From: a virus
Lineage: Duplodnaviria > Caudoviricetes
IMG/VR virus record: IMGVR_UViG_3300032030_000062
Span: 1 to 64,000 of that record
Length of the DNA: 64,000 nt
Strand: one strand, 5' to 3'
A model generated the notes under the pieces. It was not told the origin of the DNA. It searched no databases and saw only the letters and a list, made by a program, of their open reading frames with translations. Position 1 is the stretch's first letter; the number at the start of each line of letters is the position of its first letter. Made by a program: the position numbers and the translations under genes. Positions 1 to 7,540 of the stretch are shown here, piece after piece.

Positions 1-77
1 AAACTAACTGGACAGCACCTGTTCACATCTGCTAACTGTCGTTAGATCAGGCTAACAGGAAGATGCAGCTGGACGGT

Positions 78-186
78 GACAGACAGCACGTCTGCAGATC
101 GACAGACAGCACGTCTGCAGATCGACAGACAGCACGTCTGCACGCATTATATAGAAGCAATACAGACAGCACGTCTGCAGATCGAC
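78..186. repeat. 23-bp direct repeat GACAGACAGCACGTCTGCAGATC (2 full tandem copies, 1 partial, and 1 more after a ~20-bp gap)
   Basis: Copies read at 78-100, 101-123, 124-142 (partial) and ~163-186. Confidence 0.9.
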
Positions 187-255
187 CGGAGGCCGTAGGA
201 GAAAGAGCTGATTTTAACTTAATACTTTTGTAACAAAATGTTAAAAGTATTGTAA

Positions 256-284
256 TTGACTTATGGGAGAACGTGTAGTATAAT
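256..284 (+). promoter_or_regulatory. sigma-A/70-type promoter
   Basis: TTGACT-17 bp-TATAAT, with TGTAG just before the -10 as in the other phage promoters. Confidence 0.75.
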
Positions 285-433
285 GAAGTCAGTTCAAAAG
301 AACAGATATAGCTCGCCCCCCTCCCCTGTTGCGTGCCCGCCACGCCGGGGAGTGAGGGAGGGGGTATGACCTAGCACAGGACCTTGATAACTGAATACAT
401 CACACACATTTCTATTTTAAGGAGGATATTACC

Positions 434-1033
434 ATGACAAAAACAAACCTCAAATCCATGAAAAAAGCCGATCTGTTAGCTCTTCTTAATCAGTGTGGAG
501 CGGATGCTGAAATGCTGAAAAAAGCCCAGTCCATGAAGGTGAAAGACCTTCGTGATGTGATCTGGGACGTTGTGAAAGAGCAGGCCGCAAGCGAGACAGC
601 AAGCGAGACAGCAAGCGAGACAGCAAGCGAGACAGCAAGCGAGACAGCAAGCGAGACAGCAAGCGAGACAGCAAGCGAGACAGCAAGCGAGACAGCAAGC
701 GAGACAGCAAAGAAGCGGGGGCGTAAAAAGATTGAATATACATATGACCCCGGAGCTATTGAAGCTATAGAATCTGTCGGAGCACTTTTTAAGAGTAAGT
801 ACATTATGAGTGGCAATGGCTATATTTGCAAGCTTGCCAATCATAATGTAATCGAGTTTTACAAGGTGAAAGGAATGTTCACCGCACTGTTTAACGACAG
901 TTGGGCAGAAGCTTTTCGACCGTATATTAAAGAAGTCGGAGCAGAATATCAGTTCCATGGGAACTGGAAGATGAAACATGAGTTTATATTCACCGCTAAT
1001 CAGATGACCAGCTTCCTGAATACAGTAGCATAA
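434..1033 (+). CDS. hypothetical protein with 10 tandem ASET repeats
   Basis: AAGGAGG RBS at ~419-425, 199 aa, followed by a hairpin. Confidence 0.75.
   Translation: MTKTNLKSMKKADLLALLNQCGADAEMLKKAQSMKVKDLRDVIWDVVKEQAASETASETASETASETASETASETASETASETASETASETAKKRGRKKIEYTYDPGAIEAIESVGALFKSKYIMSGNGYICKLANHNVIEFYKVKGMFTALFNDSWAEAFRPYIKEVGAEYQFHGNWKMKHEFIFTANQMTSFLNTVA
587..710 (+). repeat. perfect 12-bp tandem repeat GCAAGCGAGACA x10
   Basis: Identical units at 587-706, in frame (ASET). Confidence 0.97.
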
Positions 1034-1040
1034 ACGACAG

Positions 1041-1066
1041 ACCCCCTTCCCGTTTGGGAAGGGGGT
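1041..1066 (+). terminator. GC-rich hairpin after the first gene
   Basis: ACCCCCTTCCC-gttt-GGGAAGGGGGT, 11-bp stem with no clear U tract. Confidence 0.5.
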
Positions 1067-1091
1067 GTTATCAGCACTATAAACAGTATAC

Positions 1092-1277
1092 ATGGAGGAT
1101 AGAACAATGAAAGGAAGATTTTACATAGCATATGAAAACTGTTTTCCAGTTTCAACTGGAACATTAACAAAAGTTGAACAAGCTATAAAGCTTGCAAAAC
1201 GTGTATGGAAACGAGATAACAGCCTAGCATATAAACGTAGCTTTTCTGTCACATACAGGAAAGTCAAGGTTAAGTAA
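1092..1277 (+). CDS. small hypothetical protein
   Basis: ORF on the coding strand followed by a terminator; the true start may be the ATG at ~1107 behind GGAGG. Confidence 0.55.
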   Translation: MEDRTMKGRFYIAYENCFPVSTGTLTKVEQAIKLAKRVWKRDNSLAYKRSFSVTYRKVKVK

Positions 1278-1285
1278 ACGTTTAG

Positions 1286-1320
1286 AGCGGATGCATTAGA
1301 TACGATGCATCCGCTTTTTT
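1286..1320 (+). terminator. Rho-independent terminator
   Basis: AGCGGATGCAT/ATGCATCCGCT stem followed by a T-run. Confidence 0.85.
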
Positions 1321-1597
1321 GTGAGCTGCTTCTGTTAAAATTTTAACAATCCCGATCGCAGCTGACCTGTGCTATATGTTATATAACACGTTAAATACTT
1401 ATCGCTGTCGCTCAACGACAGGGGCGGGGCGGGAGAGAAAAAGACTGAAAATACTGAATTGTATATATAGTATAAACAATATAAATATTATAACAAATAA
1501 CAATAATACAAGATAGATAGAAAAACAAAATAAGCACGTCCTCCTCCCTCGGAAAATCAAGCAACCCCAGAATGACTCCGGAGAAGGTGGCGAAAAT

Positions 1598-2045
1598 GCT
1601 TCAACACACTACTACTGCGCTACTTTAGTGTGTTGAAGTGTCGCACAGCAATGCGTTAATACTTTAGTGTGCGAAAGCGTCACACACTACTACGTTAATA
1701 CTTTAGTGTGTTGAAGTGATCGGACGCAACACTTTAGCACTGTGATACTTTAGTGTGCTACAGTGTCGCACACTACTACTTTAGTGTGCTAAAGCGTGCT
1801 GCCTGTTGCTGTCACACACTACTACTGCATCACTTTAGTGTGCTAAAGCGGTCAGGCTGTTGCTGACTGTCACACACTAACGCTTTAGTGTGTTGAAGTG
1901 CTGGCAGGGGGACGGGGGTCACTGTCGCACACTAAAGCGTTGACGCGCTGTCGCGTTAGCACTTCACTGCGCTAAAGCGTGGGCAGGGGACGCTTTAGTA
2001 CGCTGAAGCGTCAGTGCGTTAGCACTTCAGCGCGGTGAAGCACCC
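1598..2045. repeat. array of ~12 quasi-palindromic sites YRCTTYA-N6-TRAAGYG interspersed with CACACTACTAC
   Basis: Examples: 1621 TACTTTAGTGTGTTGAAGTG, 1777 TACTTTAGTGTGCTAAAGCG, 1831, 1881, 1960, 1991, 2023. Confidence 0.9.
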
Positions 2046-2092
2046 CCGCTGAAATCGAAGGCAGCTCTCGCAACTCGTCCCGTGTCTACCTA

Positions 2093-2230
2093 AAAAATGA
2101 AGCTATTGTAGCCGTGATTTTTTTAGGTATAAGATAAAGCTATTGTAGCCATGATTTTTTATATACGAAAATGAAGCTATTGTGGGGATCTCGTAATTTT
2201 TTATGTAAGGGGATCACAATATTGTAGTCG
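2093..2230. repeat. three ~38-bp direct repeats AAGCTATTGTAGCCRTGATTTTTT plus a decayed fourth
   Basis: Copies near 2100, 2138 and 2175; ATTGTAGTCG remnant at ~2221. Confidence 0.8.
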
Positions 2231-2288
2231 TAAAATTTTCGAGTAACGAAAAAATACGGGGTAAGTATTCTGAATATTTTACATATAC

Positions 2289-2317
2289 TTGATTTATTGT
2301 AAAACGTGTAGTATAAT
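2289..2317 (+). promoter_or_regulatory. sigma-A-type promoter (a second at 2384-2412, TTTACA-17-TATACT)
   Basis: TTGATT-17-TATAAT with TGTAG; lies upstream of the packaging/lysis operon. Confidence 0.65.
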
Positions 2318-2442
2318 ATTAGATGTAACGAGTGATCTTGGGGTCTCGAAGGGGTGATGATACATATGATTGAGTAAAAACGCTTTACAAAAGGTGAAAT
2401 TATCGTTATACTAATAATGTATTATAAAGAAAGGAGTATATC

Positions 2443-2718
2443 GTGTATATGGATAAAGAAGGGCAGACCTTAGCCACCGAGATGCTGAAAGAAGTACAAA
2501 GAAGCGCAAAGAGATGGTTTATTGCGTTTATTATTATGATTGTACTTGAAACGGCTACTGTAGCGGGTTTTCTCTGGTATATTTCTTTGCCCGTTGAGGA
2601 AACTGTAACTGTTGAAAACGATGACGGAAATGCAAACTATATTGGCGGAGATGTAGGAGGTGATGTAACCAATGGCGAAAATAACAGTCAGAAAGAGAAG
2701 GGGCAGACGGAGGCGTAG
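2443..2718 (+). CDS. hypothetical membrane protein
   Basis: AAGGAG RBS; one hydrophobic segment (WFIAFIIMIVL...GFLWYI). Confidence 0.7.
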   Translation: MYMDKEGQTLATEMLKEVQRSAKRWFIAFIIMIVLETATVAGFLWYISLPVEETVTVENDDGNANYIGGDVGGDVTNGENNSQKEKGQTEA

Positions 2719-2721
2719 ATA

Positions 2722-3066
2722 ATGGCTCGATTTAGCGGAATTGCTAAAAAGCTCCAGGCGGCTATCAATAGCCGTCCTGGGGCTAAGATTTCAATCAATA
2801 CATCCCAATGGTATAGTAAAGAGAAGAATAGACCAATAACTGTATTCACTATACGACAATCTTTTGAAGCTGATGGTTATAAGAAAAGCACTGAATTATT
2901 TAAGACTTATTCACAAGTCCAGATGGTTCTTTTTTTACGTGACTATTGGTATGAATTAAACGGATGGGAATTACCACACGATAATGAAGTATGGGAGGAG
3001 ATGAAAAAGAAGTATGAGCAAAGCGGAATATCGGCCTGGGACTCTGTACGGAAGGATTCAACCTGA
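2722..3066 (+). CDS. hypothetical protein
   Basis: GGAGG RBS; tightly packed in the operon. Confidence 0.7.
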   Translation: MARFSGIAKKLQAAINSRPGAKISINTSQWYSKEKNRPITVFTIRQSFEADGYKKSTELFKTYSQVQMVLFLRDYWYELNGWELPHDNEVWEEMKKKYEQSGISAWDSVRKDST

Positions 3067-3463
3067 TACTCCTCTTACTCCCAAAGAGCAGAAATTTATT
3101 ATAGAATATGTTAAGTGCGGTTCTGGTACAGAAGCGGCAAAGAAAGCTGGCATGGAGCATGTGTCAGCTAATACTATTTTGAAACGTCCTAATGTCCAGA
3201 AGGAGATACAGAGACTTATGGAAGAAATAAGAAAAGAAAACATTGCAACGGCAGATGAAGTAATGGGATATTTTACATCTGTCATGAGAGGTGAAATAAA
3301 AGATCAATTCGGACTTGATGCCCCGCTTTCTGAAAGAACAAGAGCGGCGCAGGAATTGGCGAAACGTACTGTAGATATTGAAAACAGAAAAGCAGGTCTT
3401 GCTGATCAAGTTACATCTATTACACTTAACTGGGAAAGGAGCGATGATGATGTTAGTAAATAA
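3014..3463 (+). CDS. terS: terminase small subunit
   Basis: LTPKEQKFIIEYVKCGSGTEAAKKAG N-terminal HTH and IATADEVMGYFTSVMRGE, typical of Terminase_2-type TerS. Confidence 0.85.
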   Translation: MSKAEYRPGTLYGRIQPDTPLTPKEQKFIIEYVKCGSGTEAAKKAGMEHVSANTILKRPNVQKEIQRLMEEIRKENIATADEVMGYFTSVMRGEIKDQFGLDAPLSERTRAAQELAKRTVDIENRKAGLADQVTSITLNWERSDDDVSK

Positions 3464-3647
3464 AGCATGGTGGAAAGCGGCTGGTATTAGAGCCATTAAA
3501 ACTATCGCTCAATCTGCGGTTTCTTTAATTCCCGCTTCTGTTATGATTACTGAAGTGGATTGGAAAGTAGTTGTCGGTACCTCTATTCTTGCAGGCGTAG
3601 TTTCTTTACTAACGAGTGTTGCCGGATTACCGGAGGTTGACGCATGA
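3447..3647 (+). CDS. holin (r1t-like)
   Basis: WWKAAGIRAIKTIAQSAV...AGLPEV pattern, two TM segments, directly before the endolysin; ATG-ATG-ATG start cluster at 3444-3452. Confidence 0.85.
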   Translation: MMLVNKAWWKAAGIRAIKTIAQSAVSLIPASVMITEVDWKVVVGTSILAGVVSLLTSVAGLPEVDA

Positions 3648-4804
3648 GTAAAACTTATCAATTATCCAATGAAGAACTTTTAGGAATTGCACGGCTCTGT
3701 CAACAGGAACAAGGATCTGCAATCGGTGCGGCGGCAGAAGCCAGTTTAATGTGTAATAAGTTTGAACAACAATCAAAATATACATCTTTATATAAGTATG
3801 TAAGAGACTGCGGTTGGTGGGCTAATTCTGCTTATTATATGGAAAACGGTGCATGTAGAGGTGATACACTTCAATCTGTCGCAAGTGTTATTATAGAAGG
3901 TGAACGTACATTACCTGATTACATTGACGAACATGATTATCCGGGTGATATTGTTTCTATCAGTACAGGAGACGATCCTTGGGATAAAAGTCAGTATATA
4001 CCTAATATTACTATTATTCATAATAGTATGGGTTCTGTATATACTTTCTATTGTTTCCCGGACACTGGATGTGATCCGTTTGGATATATTCATCGACCAG
4101 AAAAAATGAAGAATCAGACAGAATCAGCTGTATCTTGGATGATAAATCTTGCACAAGATGACTCACATGGATATAGTCAAGAAAACAGATGGGGACCTGA
4201 CTATGATTGTAGTTCTGCAATTATTCAATCTTGGCGACAAGCTGGTGTTCCATTATCTTGCACGTATACTGGTAATATGCGGGCTGATATGATAATTAAC
4301 GGATTTAGGGATGTTACTGATTCTGTTAATTTATCTACCGGCGAAGGTCTTTTAAGAAGTGATGTATTACTGAATGAAGTACACCACACGGCTATGTATA
4401 TCGGTGAAGGAATGGAAGTAGAAGCAAGCATTTCTGAAACTGGTGGTATTACTGGTAAGATTGGAGATCAAACTGGCAAAGAAATTCTTATCAGACCGTA
4501 TCGTAATTATCCATGGGATTGTGTATTGCGATATAAAGAGGATTATATGGAACCGAAACGTGAGAAAATAAATATCACCTTTGAAGAAGTTAAAAAAGGT
4601 GATGAATGTCAATCTGTCTGGATATTACGAACAATACTGCGTGGTAGATCATATAAAACACAGAATGGTAAATTACTTCTGCGTGGTAAAAAGTTTGATG
4701 ACGATACAGATTATTGTGTAAGAGCATTTCAAGCTAAAGCTAAGTTGGTTGTTGACGGTATTGTAGGAAAAAATACGTGGTCTAAATTAACAGGTTTACA
4801 CTAA
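3644..4804 (+). CDS. modular endolysin: N-terminal domain, NlpC/P60 peptidase, C-terminal peptidoglycan-binding domain
   Basis: GPDYDCSS (catalytic Cys) and HHTAMYIG (His); VRAFQAKAKLVVDGIVGKNTW is PG_binding_1-like. Confidence 0.85.
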   Translation: MSKTYQLSNEELLGIARLCQQEQGSAIGAAAEASLMCNKFEQQSKYTSLYKYVRDCGWWANSAYYMENGACRGDTLQSVASVIIEGERTLPDYIDEHDYPGDIVSISTGDDPWDKSQYIPNITIIHNSMGSVYTFYCFPDTGCDPFGYIHRPEKMKNQTESAVSWMINLAQDDSHGYSQENRWGPDYDCSSAIIQSWRQAGVPLSCTYTGNMRADMIINGFRDVTDSVNLSTGEGLLRSDVLLNEVHHTAMYIGEGMEVEASISETGGITGKIGDQTGKEILIRPYRNYPWDCVLRYKEDYMEPKREKINITFEEVKKGDECQSVWILRTILRGRSYKTQNGKLLLRGKKFDDDTDYCVRAFQAKAKLVVDGIVGKNTWSKLTGLH

Positions 4805-4920
4805 TGATTGATAAATTAAAAGGTATATTCGGCATTATCATAGCTTTAATTATTCTATGGGTAATTAAAGCTATTGCCGATTGGGACGGAATAGTGAGAA
4901 ATTTTGATGATGACGATTAG
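4804..4920 (+). CDS. 38-aa small membrane protein (not in ORF track)
   Basis: TAATG overlap with the endolysin stop; MIDKLKGIFGIIIALIILWVIKAIADWDGIVRNFDDDD. Confidence 0.45.
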   Translation: MIDKLKGIFGIIIALIILWVIKAIADWDGIVRNFDDDD

Positions 4921-4939
4921 GAAAATTTAATAAAGTATA

Positions 4940-6253
4940 ATGAGCGGCTTAAATATATCATTACAAAACTGTATTATACCGCGGTATGACGATGTGTTGA
5001 AAGATATTCTTGACCATCGTCATACCCATTATGTTTTTTCAGGTGGTCGAGGTAGTACAAAATCATCTTTTGTAGGCGGCATCGTAATACCGCTACTGAT
5101 AATTCAAAATCCAAGATGCCACGCCATTTGTTTTCGTAAAGTAGCAAATACAATTCAAAACAGTATATTTTCTCAGGTTGTCTGGGGAATATACCAAATG
5201 GGCTTAGATCATCTCTTTAACATTCCAAAAACGTATAGCACTCCTATCACATACTTACCCACAGGACAGAAAATATATTTTATGGGTCTTGATGATCCTA
5301 TGAAAGTCAAATCAGTTAAACCTCAGTTTGGATATATTGGTATAACATGGTTTGAGGAATTAGATCAATTTGCAGGTCAAAATGAACTACGTGTTGTTAC
5401 CCAGTCCACAATGCGTGGCGGTGATAAGTTTTGGGATTTCAGAACATTCAACCCTCCGATTAGTAAAAATAATTGGGCAAATGAGTATGAGGATGAATGT
5501 GAAGCATTTAGGCGGAATAATACATTAGTCGTAAAAAATTCATATCTTGATGTGCCGAAAGATTGGTTAGGACAAGAATTTTTAGATGAAGCAGAAGATT
5601 TAAAAACAATCAATCCGAGAGCATATGAACATGAATATTTAGGAATACCAGTCGGTACTGGTGGCGATGTATTTCAAAATGTTCAAGATATGGATATGAA
5701 TGAACCTGTACCAAGATTTGATGTATATGGTAATACTGTCGAAGTAATACCTAAATGGAAAACATTTGATCGTATTTATTGCGGTCTTGACTGGGGCTTT
5801 GCAAAAGACCCATTTCAATTTGTACGCTGTCATTTTGATAGAAGTCATCTTGATTTATATGTATTCGATGAGTATAGAACCGTACACTGTCGGAATAAAA
5901 CAGTATTTGACGCATTATACAATGAGGAAAAGAAAATTTCAAAAGATGAGTTATTGATTGCCGATAGTGCAGAACCGAAATCTATAATGGACTTTAAAGC
6001 ATATGGAGCATATATTAGGGGTGCTGAAAAAGGTCCTGATAGTGTACGTTACGGTATTAAGTGGTTACAAGGATTAAGACATATTTATATAGATAAAAGA
6101 AGATGCCCATATACGTTTAAAGAATTTGTCCAATATGAATATGAAACAGATAAAGATGGTAATTTTATTTCTGCTTATCCTGATGAAAATAACCACAGTA
6201 TTGATGCTGTTAGATATGCTATGGAAAAATATGCAAATAGGAGAGGAAACTAA
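4940..6253 (+). CDS. terL: terminase large subunit (PBSX/SPP1-like)
   Basis: Walker A GGRGSTKS, Walker B WFEE, nuclease GLDWGF and NHSIDAVRYA. Confidence 0.95.
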   Translation: MSGLNISLQNCIIPRYDDVLKDILDHRHTHYVFSGGRGSTKSSFVGGIVIPLLIIQNPRCHAICFRKVANTIQNSIFSQVVWGIYQMGLDHLFNIPKTYSTPITYLPTGQKIYFMGLDDPMKVKSVKPQFGYIGITWFEELDQFAGQNELRVVTQSTMRGGDKFWDFRTFNPPISKNNWANEYEDECEAFRRNNTLVVKNSYLDVPKDWLGQEFLDEAEDLKTINPRAYEHEYLGIPVGTGGDVFQNVQDMDMNEPVPRFDVYGNTVEVIPKWKTFDRIYCGLDWGFAKDPFQFVRCHFDRSHLDLYVFDEYRTVHCRNKTVFDALYNEEKKISKDELLIADSAEPKSIMDFKAYGAYIRGAEKGPDSVRYGIKWLQGLRHIYIDKRRCPYTFKEFVQYEYETDKDGNFISAYPDENNHSIDAVRYAMEKYANRRGN

Positions 6254-6607
6254 ATGGGAAAAGTTTTATCTGATATTGATATATTAGGTGTAAATTATAG
6301 TGTACGTGTACAAGATGCAAAAGAAAATCCTAAATTAGATAATGCCGATGGATTATGTGAAATTTATGCTAAACAGCTAATAATTGATGATAGTAATAGA
6401 CACGATAAAGGTGCCTTTATGAATGTAGATGAATACTATCAACAGACTTTAAGGCATGAAGTCTTTCACGCAATTTTCGCTGAATGTGGCGCCACAGATT
6501 ATTGCAGAGATGAAAAACTTATTGATATGTTAGCATTTCTTTATCCGAAAATTGAAAAAATAATGCAAGAAACCAAAAAGATTGGGGATGAATTAAATGC
6601 ATTATGA
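6254..6607 (+). CDS. small HExxH (zincin-like) protein
   Basis: LRHEVFHA motif. Confidence 0.6.
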   Translation: MGKVLSDIDILGVNYSVRVQDAKENPKLDNADGLCEIYAKQLIIDDSNRHDKGAFMNVDEYYQQTLRHEVFHAIFAECGATDYCRDEKLIDMLAFLYPKIEKIMQETKKIGDELNAL

Positions 6608-7247
6608 TAAAGGTAAAAATCAAACACGAATATTGGAACAAAATATATTAAACTTATCTTATGCTCAGTTTGAAGGAGTTGGTGAGTATGATCTACCTGC
6701 TATGTATCCAGTCAGAGTTGATAATTTAAAAGATATTCCCTTACAAGGGTTTAATTTTGCGTTAAAAGAAAAACATCCAGAAAAAGTTGGTGTTCATTTC
6801 TTTTTACATGATTATCAGTTTGAAAGGGTGTGGAATTATCCTGATAGATATATAGAGGTATTAAAGAAATTCGCCTATGTTTTATCGCCCGATTTTTCTC
6901 CTTATGCAGATATGCCAAAAGCATTGCAGATATATAATGTATATAGAAATCGTTGGTGTGGTAGATACTGGCAAGAACACGGCATAAAAGTAATTCCCAC
7001 ATTTACTATGGGCAATACTGATTTATTCAAAGTATTCTGTACTGGTATTCCAAAACATAGTACAATAGCAATATCTACGATGGGCGAAGGTAGATGGGGT
7101 AATTTTGATGGTATTCGTGCGTGGTGGAATACTATAATGTTTGAATTACAGCCTGAAACTATATTATTGTACGGAAAAGATTTATCAAAAGAATTATCTG
7201 GCAATATTGTATTTAAACAGATGATTAGTTCAAAGGTGGCGATGTAA
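6597..7247 (+). CDS. DUF4417-like protein
   Basis: GVHFFLHDYQFERVWN, SPDFS, YNVYRNRW motifs. Confidence 0.75.
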   Translation: MHYDKGKNQTRILEQNILNLSYAQFEGVGEYDLPAMYPVRVDNLKDIPLQGFNFALKEKHPEKVGVHFFLHDYQFERVWNYPDRYIEVLKKFAYVLSPDFSPYADMPKALQIYNVYRNRWCGRYWQEHGIKVIPTFTMGNTDLFKVFCTGIPKHSTIAISTMGEGRWGNFDGIRAWWNTIMFELQPETILLYGKDLSKELSGNIVFKQMISSKVAM

Positions 7248-7513
7248 TGGCTATTAAAACACACAGGGGTGGTAAATTTCCAGTTCTCGATACCGGCGGG
7301 TATTATGGTAGAAATGAAGCCGGTATACCACAAGACTTCACAAGTAATACAGCTGGTGTAAAACGTGAATTTATAGGTTCTGGTACTGAAGAATATAACT
7401 TTTATTCTGATACAAAAGGTATATTAACCGTTAGGGCAGATTCTTATGAAGATGCATGGAGAATAGCAAAAGCAAGAGGATATAAGCGTAGACGGCCCAA
7501 GAGTTGGATATAA
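7247..7513 (+). CDS. hypothetical protein
   Basis: Translationally coupled to the previous gene. Confidence 0.65.
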   Translation: MAIKTHRGGKFPVLDTGGYYGRNEAGIPQDFTSNTAGVKREFIGSGTEEYNFYSDTKGILTVRADSYEDAWRIAKARGYKRRRPKSWI

Positions 7514-7540
7514 GCGTAGAAGATTTAAGAGGTAATCAAT

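Noticed and set aside
47-343. Reverse ORF at the left end
   Set aside because: It is built from the 23-bp repeats, runs across a promoter and has no RBS.
476-1093. Reverse-strand ORFs with LACC/LLSR/LAVS repeats
   Set aside because: They are shadows of the 12-bp repeat, which has no stop in those frames; the + strand ORF has the RBS, promoter and terminator.
1598-2045. Possible CRISPR array
   Set aside because: Repeats are short, degenerate and change orientation; spacers are irregular and themselves repetitive; no cas operon (the Cas4-like gene is a typical stand-alone phage nuclease 51 kb away).
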